Source: Candidatus Doudnabacteria bacterium (GTDB taxonomy: Bacteria; Patescibacteriota; Doudnabacteria; UBA920). Taken from it: DNA of 64,000 bases. Under the pieces are notes generated by a model. It searched no databases and was not told the origin of the DNA. It worked only from the letters and a program-made list of their open reading frames with translations. Shown here piece after piece: positions 18,862-28,418 of the stretch; position 1 is the stretch's first letter, and each line of letters starts with the position of its first letter. The DNA is taken from assembly GCA_016218585.1 (NCBI GenBank), contig JACRDK010000004.1:85347-149346 (forward strand). Reading direction: 5' to 3'. Made by a program: the position numbers and the translations under genes.

Positions 18862-20772
18862 TTAATTTTTATATGATAAAAACTCCACAATCCTATTGTC
18901 CAATAAAATATCGCTTTGCAGCACCGGGCGCTTTAAGTACAAGCCTCCTAAAGTACGGCAGCGTGACAGCGCCACATACAACTGGCCATGGGCAAAGGTA
19001 CCGCCGGCCAAATCCACATAAACTTTGTCAAAAGTTTTTCCCTGGCTTTTATGAATAGTTAAAGCCCAGGCGGGTTTTAACGGATACTGGGTAAATTCAC
19101 CCACGGTTTTAGATTCCACTTTTTGCGTATGCTTGTCCAAATAAAAATTATACATTTCCCAGGTATGCCTGCCAACATAAACTTTTTCTCCGGTTTCCAG
19201 CCCCACTCTAATAAGCAGGTCATTCCCCTCCGGAAATTTAAAACCATTTTCCGAACCGTCTTCCTCCAAATATTCTAAAGCGTCGTCCATTACGTCCCGG
19301 GATTTTACAAAGCCCAAAACCTTTCCCATTGTCCCGTTAACCCATCGCTTTTTTGGATCATTGTTTAGCATCATAACCTGAGCGCCAACTTTTAGCTTAA
19401 GATTTGTTTCCCCGGGCGCGGTTTTGCCTTCCAGTTTTCCGGAAGCATAGCCTTGGAAAACTTTTGCCTGCCCTGGCAGCTGGTTTAAATAATAATCGTT
19501 AACCTGGGAAGCGCGGGAATTAGTCGGGGTTAAATACACCGCAAACTGTTCAAAAGTAAATTTATCGCCTTCTTGTTCGCTTCTGCTATTTAAAACTTCC
19601 AAATGTTCGGTGCTGGCGGCATTGTTGCGCACGGCATTTAAAATTTCCAAAAAGCCCCGGTCTTTTTGCCGATACACGGTTTTTAATTCCATTAACTTAA
19701 AATTTCCGCTTTGAAAACTTCTGGAGTCAAAAAAATATGGGCTCTTATATTCGGCAAACAAGCCGCCGGCGGTAAAATCTTTATCAATAGGCGGCAACTG
19801 GTAAAGGTCGCCAATAAACACCATTTGCACGCCGCCAAACGGCAAATTTCCGGCAGGGCCATTCAGCCTTAAAAATCTGTCCACGCAGTCCAGCAAGTCG
19901 GCGCGCACCATGGAAATTTCGTCTATTACTACCGTACTCAAACGCTGTAATAATTCTTTTTTCCCTCCGCCGGAGGAAATTTTTTTAACCCGACCAATGG
20001 TAATGTCCGGGCCAAACCCGCAAAAAGAATGAATGGTTTGCCCGCCAACATTTACCGCAGCCACGCCGGTTGGCGCCAGCACCACGGTGTTTTTGTTGGT
20101 GTGTGTTTTAAAATATTTAAGCAGCGTAGATTTTCCGGTCCCCGCTTCTCCGGTTAAAAAAATGTTCTCGCGGGTCTCTTCCATTAATTTAAAGCTTGCC
20201 AACATTTCCGGATTGGAAGTTATGTCTATTTCTTCCATGTCTTCTTCCCTGTCATGTTTTGCTGGCTTAAGATGTTCCCCAATGTCTTCCTGCTCATATT
20301 CCACAATATCTTCTATAAGCTGCAATAGCCTTGACCGGATTATGCTTCTTTGCAAATCAACAACTTTGGATAATCTTAATATAAATTTTCGAAAAGTTTC
20401 ATTTTTTGCTAAAAGATATTTCTTATATTCCCGAATAAAAATTTCGTCAGTTTCGGGGGTTGCTGCGCGGCTTGCAGTTTCCAATTTCTTTTTTTTATAT
20501 TCTTCATCGCGCTGTTTTACGGCTTCATAATCCCAGCCCGGAATATTTGGAAAACTCAAAGCCAGCCGTCCGCGAATTCCGTTCGGTCGGCGGCCCAGGA
20601 GCTGCGCCATGGAATCCAAAAAACTTTCAAAGTCGTAATTCTCCTCTAAACATTTTTTGTATTCCGCGTTCAGTAAATTACTCTCCTCTTCATTCCAGCG
20701 CATGCCGGCTTTGGGAAAGTCTTTGCGTATTTGCTCTATTTTAGAAACAGGTTTTTGTTGTGAGTCCTCCAT
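18862..20772 (-). CDS. Pif1/RecD-like SF1B helicase with N-terminal HTH-like domain
   Basis: TGEAGTGKS, DEISMV, GDLYQLPP, TIHKSQG, YVALSR. Confidence 0.92.
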   Translation of the reverse strand: MEDSQQKPVSKIEQIRKDFPKAGMRWNEEESNLLNAEYKKCLEENYDFESFLDSMAQLLGRRPNGIRGRLALSFPNIPGWDYEAVKQRDEEYKKKKLETASRAATPETDEIFIREYKKYLLAKNETFRKFILRLSKVVDLQRSIIRSRLLQLIEDIVEYEQEDIGEHLKPAKHDREEDMEEIDITSNPEMLASFKLMEETRENIFLTGEAGTGKSTLLKYFKTHTNKNTVVLAPTGVAAVNVGGQTIHSFCGFGPDITIGRVKKISSGGGKKELLQRLSTVVIDEISMVRADLLDCVDRFLRLNGPAGNLPFGGVQMVFIGDLYQLPPIDKDFTAGGLFAEYKSPYFFDSRSFQSGNFKLMELKTVYRQKDRGFLEILNAVRNNAASTEHLEVLNSRSEQEGDKFTFEQFAVYLTPTNSRASQVNDYYLNQLPGQAKVFQGYASGKLEGKTAPGETNLKLKVGAQVMMLNNDPKKRWVNGTMGKVLGFVKSRDVMDDALEYLEEDGSENGFKFPEGNDLLIRVGLETGEKVYVGRHTWEMYNFYLDKHTQKVESKTVGEFTQYPLKPAWALTIHKSQGKTFDKVYVDLAGGTFAHGQLYVALSRCRTLGGLYLKRPVLQSDILLDNRIVEFLSYKN

Positions 20773-20789
20773 AAACTGCTATTTTCTTT

Positions 20790-20836
20790 ATAGTAAACAT
20801 TCGTTCACCCTTTGTCAACAGGCCGGTTGTGGATAA
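20790..20836 (-). promoter_or_regulatory. Promoter with SOS-box-like palindrome and DnaA box
   Basis: TTGACA-17-TACTAT; GTGAACGAATGTTTAC (20793-20808); TTATCCACA (20828-20836). Confidence 0.6.
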
Positions 20837-20837
20837 C

Positions 20838-21221
20838 CTAACCTAACATCTTTTTCACAATAAAAGGAGCAAAAAATATAACCGCCAAAACCAGCGGCCA
20901 AAGCCTGCCTTTAAAAAGATTATAATCTGCCAGCATATAGCCCCAGCTTCTCCCGCCCAAAAGCCCCAGGCCAAATTCAAACACCAAGGTAAGGCCAAGC
21001 CAAATTCCGCCGGTTAAAAATAATTTGCCAGCGCTAAACCCGCCAAGATCATTCTTAAAAAATAAATAAGTGTAGAGCAAAAAGAAAACTGATAAAATAA
21101 AAAAGCCAATTACATTTGCGCCAAGCTCCCCCGCTTTTGCTTTATACCAACTTTCGCGAAGCGCGCCGTTTATTATCGGCACCGGAATGAACGCCGCCCA
21201 CATTAAAAAGATTTTTAACAT
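20838..21221 (-). CDS. Hypothetical 4-TM protein
   Basis: NGALRE, WLGLTLVFEF, DYNLFKGRLW; start taken at the second Met. Confidence 0.75.
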   Translation of the reverse strand: MLKIFLMWAAFIPVPIINGALRESWYKAKAGELGANVIGFFILSVFFLLYTYLFFKNDLGGFSAGKLFLTGGIWLGLTLVFEFGLGLLGGRSWGYMLADYNLFKGRLWPLVLAVIFFAPFIVKKMLG

Positions 21222-21222
21222 G

Positions 21223-22113
21223 TTATACTTTCCCCGGCTGAATGGCTCCTTCAATTAGTTCTTTGGTAAAACCCACGGGCACTTGGCCGGTGCGGGCGTA
21301 ATTATACAAAGCTAACTTAAAAATTGAATCCAGCGTGGTGGAAACAATGGAAAGAACTATCATAATAGCAATAAATAAACCTAAGCCAATAAAAAATGCC
21401 GCCAGTGAATGGAAAATTATTACCATGCCAACAAATAAAGCTGTGAGCAAAAAAATCAGCAAAGCAAAAAATAAACCAACGCCAAAATTTACAATAATGG
21501 TTTCACCCCAGGTTTTTCGAATCATGGCTGCGGATTCTTTAAAGGAATCTTTTATTCCCGTGTTGCCAATTACCAAGGAAGGCAGGCTAAAGTAAGTTAA
21601 AATATTCCATGCCGCCCCAAAAAGTGAGGCAACAATTCTACCTATTAGTTTGGATTTATCGGCAATAATCCGCAAGACAATGCCAACGGTTGCGGAAATA
21701 AAGGACCAAATAAATATTTTATTAAAATTATTTGCGGCGCCATTCATACCATCATGAAAACCCAAGTCTTGTCCGGAGAACCGGCCTTGCACAATTATAA
21801 ACAGCCCCGTCTCAAAAAAGTTTACAATAAAGAAAACCACTAAATAATAAACGAACAAGGTGCTGTACATAACCACGTCGCTAATTTTGCCGTCTTTTGG
21901 CACATCCCAGGTTTGCACATTGCCGTGTAAAATAAAAACAAAAAAGGCAATCCCCATAATCAGCACGGCGAAAATCGTAGTAATTGTCGAAAGTACCGGA
22001 AACCACATAATTTCCTTGTCCTGCTTAAGTACGGCCCAAGACTCCTTAACAATCATCTTGCTGGCTTGAAACTTTCCCAGCTTCACCGGCACTGACGCAT
22101 TTTCTATTGGCAT
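21223..22113 (-). CDS. DUF6159-like membrane protein
   Basis: SWAVLKQDKE, RKTWGE, multiple TMs. Confidence 0.75.
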   Translation of the reverse strand: MPIENASVPVKLGKFQASKMIVKESWAVLKQDKEIMWFPVLSTITTIFAVLIMGIAFFVFILHGNVQTWDVPKDGKISDVVMYSTLFVYYLVVFFIVNFFETGLFIIVQGRFSGQDLGFHDGMNGAANNFNKIFIWSFISATVGIVLRIIADKSKLIGRIVASLFGAAWNILTYFSLPSLVIGNTGIKDSFKESAAMIRKTWGETIIVNFGVGLFFALLIFLLTALFVGMVIIFHSLAAFFIGLGLFIAIMIVLSIVSTTLDSIFKLALYNYARTGQVPVGFTKELIEGAIQPGKV

Positions 22114-22143
22114 TTGATTAGATTTAATATTATTCTAAATATA

Positions 22144-22476
22144 TTATATCATTTTTTTCTTTGGTTTTGGCATAGGCAAAATAGCAGCCGTTTGGGAAAC
22201 TAACTCACTAATAAACTTCCTGTCTTCCAATAAATCTCCCGGCACATGGATAGATGGCTTAGCTCCCGGGTAAGCAATTCCCTCCTCATAATTCTTTCCC
22301 ATTATTTTTTTGCCCTCCGGGGTAATTTTAACAAAAACTTCGTCGTTGCATACTAAAGCCACCACTTTGTCTTGGCAGTACAAAGCATACTCGCCAAACA
22401 TTTTCCGCGCTCGTACATTTGCCAAACCGCTTAGTTGGTCAAGCAAATAATCCATTGTAGATTGTTTAGTGGCCAT
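22144..22476 (-). CDS. TfoX N-terminal-domain protein
   Basis: RKMFGEYALY..KVVALVC..FVK; YPGAKP. Confidence 0.88.
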   Translation of the reverse strand: MATKQSTMDYLLDQLSGLANVRARKMFGEYALYCQDKVVALVCNDEVFVKITPEGKKIMGKNYEEGIAYPGAKPSIHVPGDLLEDRKFISELVSQTAAILPMPKPKKKMI

Positions 22477-22516
22477 AATTTATTCTTTAACTTACTTTAA
22501 TTATAGCACTTAAAAA

Positions 22517-22585
22517 CAACTGGACAATTCCTGCCTACCGCAGGCAGGCGCGCGCCTGTCTGTCGAAGCAAAAATTGTCCAGTTG
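22517..22585. repeat. Terminator-like stem with a CCTGCC-GGCAGG palindrome in its loop
   Basis: CAACTGGACAATT / AATTGTCCAGTTG arms; CCTGCCTACCGCAGGCAGG at 22530-22548. Confidence 0.65.
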
Positions 22586-22612
22586 GATAAGTTTATGATA
22601 GTGCTTTATAAG

Positions 22613-23161
22613 CTACTTTTTCTTTTTGTCTTTAACTGCCGGTTTCTTTTTAGCAGCAGGTTTCGCCAAAATTTTTGGGGCCTCTGCTTTTTTTGCAGGA
22701 GAGGCTTTGACTACCGGAACCGGAGCCACAAAAGCAACTTTGCTTGAGCTGCCGGCTAATTTTTCCATGCTGGTAATTAATCTGTCCAGTTTACCGGTAA
22801 TTTCCGAAAGCTGTCTTTTTATATCATCGTTGGCGGACGGAGGAATACTTTGGCGCGGAGTGGACTGATAGCTTGGCCTGCCTCCAAAAGGTTTTCTGTC
22901 TCCCCTGTCGCCAAAATCACGGCGAGGACCTCTGTCGTCGCTTTCCGCTCGCTTAATGCTAAAACAGGCATTGCAATACACCGGCTTTTCGCCTGTTGGT
23001 TTAAAAGGTACCTCGCACGGCTTACCGCAATTGCTGCAGGTAGCTTGATGCATGTCGCGAGGACGGTCATCACCCCAGCTCTTTTTTCCAAATGAAGGCC
23101 TGCCGTTGCCGTGTCCTTTAAAACCTCCGCCTCTATTCCCGCCACCCTGAAAATTTCCCAT
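22613..23161 (-). CDS. CxxC-x17-CxxC zinc-ribbon protein
   Basis: CSNCGKPCEVPFKPTGEKPVYCNAC with Gly/Arg-rich and Lys/Ala-rich tails. Confidence 0.9.
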   Translation of the reverse strand: MGNFQGGGNRGGGFKGHGNGRPSFGKKSWGDDRPRDMHQATCSNCGKPCEVPFKPTGEKPVYCNACFSIKRAESDDRGPRRDFGDRGDRKPFGGRPSYQSTPRQSIPPSANDDIKRQLSEITGKLDRLITSMEKLAGSSSKVAFVAPVPVVKASPAKKAEAPKILAKPAAKKKPAVKDKKKK

Positions 23162-23288
23162 AAATTTCTACTTCTTCCCGGCAGCTAGCTGCCTTTATAA
23201 TTTGAATAATGAACTGCTATTCTAGCACTATCTATACTATAACACAATCCCTTTGTCTATGCTTATCAAAAAAATAAACACAAAATTC

Positions 23289-23864
23289 CTAAACTTTCTC
23301 AAAAATCGCGCAATACATCCCTCCGCCAAAATCATCAACCATCTGCTTTAATTTGAAACCCGCTTGTTGCACTTCGTCTATCACCACATTTTTATATACT
23401 CCATGGCCGCCGTAGCTTGCAGGAATGCCTTTAGGCGTGGACATTTTTAAATACCACCTTGGCTCAAAGTCAATAATTGCCAATTGTCCTCCCGGTTTTA
23501 AATGGGAATAAAATGCCGCGTTTTGTTTTGCGCTTTGGGTAAAATGATGATAAACCTTGCACATAAAAATTGCGTCGAACATTTTATCAGGCAAGTTCGG
23601 GCTGTCTTCCCCCGCTTTCGCGGTGTGTAAATTTTTTAGTCCCAATTTTACAGCTTTTGTATTTAATTTATTCAACTTTTCAGCATCGTGTTCGGTGGAA
23701 AAAACAAAACCACTATCGTCAACCGTTTTGGCAACCGCAAAAGACATTAGCCCCTTACCCGCGCCAATTTCCACAACACTTTGGCCAGTGATTATATTCA
23801 ACAGGCTAATTATTTTTTGAGCCTCTTTATTGTGAGTAAAAAAATCCCAGGTACTAAATATCAT
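23289..23864 (-). CDS. Class I SAM-dependent methyltransferase
   Basis: VVEIGAGKG, YHHF, LKPGGQLAIIDF. Confidence 0.88.
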   Translation of the reverse strand: MIFSTWDFFTHNKEAQKIISLLNIITGQSVVEIGAGKGLMSFAVAKTVDDSGFVFSTEHDAEKLNKLNTKAVKLGLKNLHTAKAGEDSPNLPDKMFDAIFMCKVYHHFTQSAKQNAAFYSHLKPGGQLAIIDFEPRWYLKMSTPKGIPASYGGHGVYKNVVIDEVQQAGFKLKQMVDDFGGGMYCAIFEKV

Positions 23865-23899
23865 AAATATTATCTTTATGACAATATTGAAAAAATAAA

Positions 23900-24049
23900 C
23901 TATTTAGTGTCAGTGATAAACACAACCCCGTCTTTAAATGCTGGTTTAACTACCGGCATGCAATCAGCCATCTCAACAAAAACCTCATCTGGGTTTTCAA
24001 CTTCTAATGAGATAGTATTTAAATGCTCAATAAATTCTACTAATTTCAT
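23900..24049 (-). CDS. 49-aa hypothetical protein below the ORF-track cutoff
   Basis: MKLVEFIEHLNTISLEVENPDEVFVEMADCMPVVKPAFKDGVVFITDTK; fills the gap between co-oriented genes. Confidence 0.55.
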   Translation of the reverse strand: MKLVEFIEHLNTISLEVENPDEVFVEMADCMPVVKPAFKDGVVFITDTK

Positions 24050-24071
24050 ACCGAATAATTAAATTTATTTT

Positions 24072-25031
24072 TCAAAATAACTTGTTGAAGCCAGCTGTAT
24101 TAATAAAGAAATTGCCAGTATTCAACTTCAGTGCATTATTTATATCTACTTTTTGACTTTCAATTTTATTTAATGGGCTTTCGCCATCATCAAATTCATT
24201 ATTTTTCAGAATGCTTTTTTTAATTGCATTTTTTAATTTTAAATTCTTAGAAAACAATAAATTGAAATACGCACCATCTAAAAATGAAACCTGATGGAAT
24301 TTTGAATTTACTAATTTATTCTTTAGTATATCAATTAATTCTTTAATCTGTTTGTTTTGAGCCCCTCCACTTATACTAATGTGTTTGGCTTCCAAAAAAT
24401 ATATATCTTTACCATTTTTAACACATAAATCCATTTTTTTATTTTGTGAGTCTTTGCCAATCTGGACTTTAAAGTTTTTTAAAATTCCATTCAGGGTAAA
24501 ATCACCTTTAAACTTTGAAACGCTTTTTTTGTTTTTAATAAAGGTTTCGAATTTTTCCGTGTATAAATAACCTTTTGATTTTAAAATCTTTATTAATTTC
24601 TCTTCCCCTGCTTGTCCTTTTTTGCGGGACGAAGTCTTATCAATTAAGGCCTGAATCCACTCTCCAGGTACAATATCATTTAAATCTCGTTTTTCAAGAT
24701 AAAGTTTGGTGATTTTCTCTAAAGCTTGAAGATTTTTAGAAGCCACTTCAACGGTTGCATCACAAGCATTAATAAAGCACCCAAATTCAGAAAACTGGGC
24801 ATTTTTTTCAAGTAAAATAGCAAGGTTGTGATAAATGTTCTTCTCAACTTTTTTTACTTCTTTACTTTTTTGTTTATTTAGTTCTTTGAGAGTAATTAAT
24901 TGATTTTTGATTTCTTGTGTTTTTTTTGCATACAAACTCAAATCCTTATGTTTTTCTATAAACATGTAAGATTCATCTAGTACTGGCTCAGGGTGATTCG
25001 AACAATGTTTGAGCAATTGTAAATTATTCAT
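24072..25031 (-). CDS. Probable type II restriction endonuclease
   Basis: KKMDLCV...FLEAKH..SGGAQ PD-(D/E)xK motif; overlaps the MTase stop; low GC. Confidence 0.7.
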   Translation of the reverse strand: MNNLQLLKHCSNHPEPVLDESYMFIEKHKDLSLYAKKTQEIKNQLITLKELNKQKSKEVKKVEKNIYHNLAILLEKNAQFSEFGCFINACDATVEVASKNLQALEKITKLYLEKRDLNDIVPGEWIQALIDKTSSRKKGQAGEEKLIKILKSKGYLYTEKFETFIKNKKSVSKFKGDFTLNGILKNFKVQIGKDSQNKKMDLCVKNGKDIYFLEAKHISISGGAQNKQIKELIDILKNKLVNSKFHQVSFLDGAYFNLLFSKNLKLKNAIKKSILKNNEFDDGESPLNKIESQKVDINNALKLNTGNFFINTAGFNKLF

Positions 25032-26205
25032 TTGCTAATTTTAATGGTAAAACATTTAAATTCTCATACTTGTTGATAATATTATTAAAATAAATGTGAT
25101 TAATTAATTTATACGCAAAATCAAAAGATATTCTTTTTCTATCTTTATCCCTGTAGTTGGTTAGAAATAAAGAACAATAATCCTGCCTTAACTGCTCAAG
25201 ATTCTTATTGAATAAATTAATAATTTTATTTTGAATAGTAACTGGCAGTGGTTCACTAAAAACTAAATATATCATATGGCGGGATGTTGATTTGCTAATC
25301 AAACACTCCACTCCATAGTTTTTTATATTTTCAAGGGCAATCTTCCCCTTATCAGTACCGCTATCAATTGCCTTCAAAAGCATGACATTAGATTTAGTTA
25401 ATTCAGCAAGTTGTTTTGTAACATAAATGTCAACCCTTTGATCAATGTGGTTATATGCTGCTTTTAACTTAATATCCCCTTTCTGATTGTTTATCATTTC
25501 TTCTGTAAGTCTGTATACTCCTAAATTATTATCTTGGTTTTTTATTTTGCTTACAAATTCTCCTCCAATAATCCATCCATATTTTCTTTCTAGTTTAATC
25601 AAAATATCTTTACCCTCAGGATAAATATGTGTTTTAATCTCAAAACCTTCCTTAAAATAATTAGTTTTCTTTACATAATAAAAAGCAATAACGTTATAAG
25701 TGGTATCTGCAAATACCTGCTGTTTGAAATAATTAATTTCAACTATCTCAAACTTGGAGAAAAAAATATCCCTTATACTTTTTGAATTTTCTGCTGAAAG
25801 AAAATTGATTGGAACAATTACTATTCCCTCGTCACTGTCCATAATAGACTGTAATGCTATTTGATATAAATCTTCAAACTGAAATTTAGAAAAATATTTA
25901 AACTTTGTTTCTTTGGTAGCTTTATTTACATTAAGATAGGGGGGGTTCGTAATTACAAATTTAAATTTAAGCGGTGATAAAATATTGTCATTAAATTTAA
26001 TAGTTTTTTTATTTATATATTTTTTATCAATGTCAAAACCCCTGACATTTTTTGCCCCATTATTTTTGGCCCAAACTAACAAGTCCCCATTTCCTGCAAA
26101 TGGGTCAATAACTTCTTTACCTACAACTCTTTTTTCTAGCCCTTTTAATATATAATCTGAGTTGGTTGTAAAAAACTGTCCTAATTGTTTTTTGTTTCCA
26201 GCCAT
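25024..26205 (-). CDS. N6-adenine DNA methyltransferase
   Basis: GQFFT, DPFAGNG, TNPPY. Confidence 0.9.
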   Translation of the reverse strand: MAGNKKQLGQFFTTNSDYILKGLEKRVVGKEVIDPFAGNGDLLVWAKNNGAKNVRGFDIDKKYINKKTIKFNDNILSPLKFKFVITNPPYLNVNKATKETKFKYFSKFQFEDLYQIALQSIMDSDEGIVIVPINFLSAENSKSIRDIFFSKFEIVEINYFKQQVFADTTYNVIAFYYVKKTNYFKEGFEIKTHIYPEGKDILIKLERKYGWIIGGEFVSKIKNQDNNLGVYRLTEEMINNQKGDIKLKAAYNHIDQRVDIYVTKQLAELTKSNVMLLKAIDSGTDKGKIALENIKNYGVECLISKSTSRHMIYLVFSEPLPVTIQNKIINLFNKNLEQLRQDYCSLFLTNYRDKDRKRISFDFAYKLINHIYFNNIINKYENLNVLPLKLANE

Positions 26206-26226
26206 ACTTGCTATTTCCTTAATTTC

Positions 26227-26303
26227 ATAGTATACAATCGTTCACCTAACGTCAAAATATAAATTTATTAGGGTTTACTCAATTTTTTGTTAACTTATCC
26301 ACA
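26227..26303 (-). promoter_or_regulatory. Promoter with SOS-box-like palindrome and DnaA box
   Basis: TTGACG-17-TACTAT; GTGAACGATTGTATAC (26230-26245); TTATCCACA (26295-26303). Confidence 0.55.
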
Positions 26304-26367
26304 GTCAAGCTACCAAAATATTTAAACTTTCTTCTTATAATTTTACCTTAATGTAGATCAAATTACA

Positions 26368-26397
26368 ACAAAACCCGCGTTTAGCGGGTTTTGTTTG
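26368..26397 (-). terminator. Intrinsic terminator
   Basis: CAAAACCCGC-GTTTA-GCGGGTTTTG. Confidence 0.75.
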
Positions 26398-26427
26398 GTT
26401 ATATACTATAGTCAATCACCTTTTCAA

Positions 26428-26874
26428 CTAGGCTTTAAAAATATTACCTTCTTTAAAAGAATCTTTGACTCCTTCTGGATTTTCTTTTAACTCTTTTCTC
26501 ACAGTAAACCATTCAATCATTCTTTTTGATAGCATGTCGAGTTCTGCGTTCGAAAGCTCCGCAGAACTTTGCGGAATATCAAAACGTTCAGCCAAACCCA
26601 TTCTAAAATTCCACAGATTTTCTATTTCGTTTTTTATATCGGCCTCATAAGGTATTTCTTTATCATTCAAAAACTTTTGCCTTACTACAGCTAACAATTG
26701 AAGGTCGGTTGATGCTGCTATCAATATATTTCTACGTTCGTCCTTCTTTAGAACTTCAGAAACATCTTTTTCATAGAGAGATTCTGTATCCTCATATTCT
26801 TCCAAAAACTTTTCTGGGGAAAGAGCTTTAATTCTCTCAACTAAAATTTTTATATTGTCTTTACTAAAACTCAT
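26428..26874 (-). CDS. Hypothetical charged helical protein
   Basis: 148-aa ORF co-oriented with neighbours; no motif recognised. Confidence 0.65.
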   Translation of the reverse strand: MSFSKDNIKILVERIKALSPEKFLEEYEDTESLYEKDVSEVLKKDERRNILIAASTDLQLLAVVRQKFLNDKEIPYEADIKNEIENLWNFRMGLAERFDIPQSSAELSNAELDMLSKRMIEWFTVRKELKENPEGVKDSFKEGNIFKA

Positions 26875-26914
26875 ATTGGTTGCGCTTTAATTTTCATATT
26901 AGAAATTCAATAAA

Positions 26915-27199
26915 TTAAAATTCTGCTATTTTATAAACCAGCCACAATAACACCACTTGTTGAATTAGTAGAAACCCGACACCAAGGGGAAAGTAGGCTT
27001 TGCGGGTTTTGTGGTGAAAAAAGTACATCCCCAAAAAAATTCCCAAAGAGCCAAATGCCGCGGACATTAAAAAGAAGTTTACTTCCGGCAACCGCTCGCT
27101 GTCATTAACGCTTTTTCTTTTATCTATCCCCACCATTATAAAAGCGGCAACGTTTATTATTGCTAAAGCCAAATAAATTAAATTAAAATAATTTTCCAT
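26915..27199 (-). CDS. DUF1294 membrane protein
   Basis: GIDKRK...RLPE...FHHKTRK. Confidence 0.88.
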   Translation of the reverse strand: MENYFNLIYLALAIINVAAFIMVGIDKRKSVNDSERLPEVNFFLMSAAFGSLGIFLGMYFFHHKTRKAYFPLGVGFLLIQQVVLLWLVYKIAEF

Positions 27200-27201
27200 A
27201 A

Positions 27202-27786
27202 TTACTTTTTCTTCCATTCCTTAATTAATTTATTCTGCAGTTTTTTTGGGAGCAAGTATTTTTTTACATTGCTTTGCCGCTGGCGGAACATTTCCGAAAG
27301 GGTTATAGCCGCAGTAACAGAGAGATTAAAGCTTTGCACAAAACCCTGCATTGGAATATAAATATGCGCGTCGGAAAGATCTATTGCCTCTTTACTTAAG
27401 CCTCGGTGTTCATTGCCAAACACCAGCGCGGTCTTTGGTCCTTTAAGGTCTGTTTTATACAAACTTTTTGCCTTCTCGTCTAAAACCGTGGCAAAAATTT
27501 TGTATCCCTGTTTTTTTAATTTTTTATAACATTCGCGCGCGGAAGAAAATATTTCAAACTCCAGCCATTTGTTAGCGGAAGAAGAAGTCGCCTTCCCAAC
27601 TTTGCGCGGGTTAAACCTCTCCCCTTTGTCAAAAATATAATATACCTTGCCAATGCCAAAACCTTCACAGCTCCGCAAAACCGCCGCCGCATTATGCGGG
27701 TCATGTATATCTTCCAATACTACTATCCCCTCCTGCCTGGCCGTGGCCACAGTTTTAATTTTATTTAACCTTGCTTCGCTTATCAT
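27202..27786 (-). CDS. trmH: SpoU/TrmH-family RNA 2'-O-methyltransferase
   Basis: HDPHNAAAVLRSCE, FGNEHRG, IPMQGFVQSFNLSV. Confidence 0.85.
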   Translation of the reverse strand: MISEARLNKIKTVATARQEGIVVLEDIHDPHNAAAVLRSCEGFGIGKVYYIFDKGERFNPRKVGKATSSSANKWLEFEIFSSARECYKKLKKQGYKIFATVLDEKAKSLYKTDLKGPKTALVFGNEHRGLSKEAIDLSDAHIYIPMQGFVQSFNLSVTAAITLSEMFRQRQSNVKKYLLPKKLQNKLIKEWKKK

Positions 27787-27797
27787 AATTATTATCC

Positions 27798-27835
27798 CCA
27801 CCATAGGCTAATTCGTGCGAATTAGCCTATGGTGG
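27798..27835. repeat. Perfect 18-bp-arm palindrome
   Basis: CCACCATAGGCTAATTCG-TG-CGAATTAGCCTATGGTGG. Confidence 0.8.
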
Positions 27836-27854
27836 ATTTTGGCTTTTTTAATAT

Positions 27855-28409
27855 TTAAGACTTTAATAACATAGAAAATTTTTCCCGAAACTTTTTAACC
27901 TTTGGGCTTATAACCACGGCGCAGTATGGGTTGCCGGGATTGTTTAAATAATAATTCTGATGATAGTTTTCCGCCAAGTAAAATTTTTCTAAAGGGCGAA
28001 TTTCGGTAACAATTGGCGAACTATAAATTTTTTCCGCTTCAACTTCTTTAATTACTTCTTCGGCAACTTGCTTCTGCTGCGGCGAGCTATAAAATATAGC
28101 CGAGGCATACTGAGCTCCCACGTCATTGCCCTGCCTGTCTTTGGTAGTCGGATCGTGCACCGCAAAAAATACTTCCAATAATTGTTTAAAGGAAATTACG
28201 CTTGAATCAAATTCTATTTTGGCAACTTCTACGTGTCCCGTATTACCGCCACAAACCTGTTCATAACTCGGGTTTTCCAAACTGCCGCCAGTGTATCCAG
28301 GCAAAACCGAACTTACACCTTTTAAGTTTTGAAACACCGCTTCCGTGCACCAAAAGCAACCGGCACCAAGAACGGCTATTTCTGTTTGTTGATTTTGATT
28401 ATTCATCAT
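27855..28409 (-). CDS. msrA: Peptide-methionine (S)-S-oxide reductase
   Basis: GCFWC, HDPTT, AENYHQNY. Confidence 0.95.
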   Translation of the reverse strand: MMNNQNQQTEIAVLGAGCFWCTEAVFQNLKGVSSVLPGYTGGSLENPSYEQVCGGNTGHVEVAKIEFDSSVISFKQLLEVFFAVHDPTTKDRQGNDVGAQYASAIFYSSPQQKQVAEEVIKEVEAEKIYSSPIVTEIRPLEKFYLAENYHQNYYLNNPGNPYCAVVISPKVKKFREKFSMLLKS

Positions 28410-28418
28410 AAATAGAAA

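Noticed and set aside
20828-20836. DnaA boxes as oriC
   Set aside because: Isolated single boxes in short intergenic regions; no cluster or dnaA gene.
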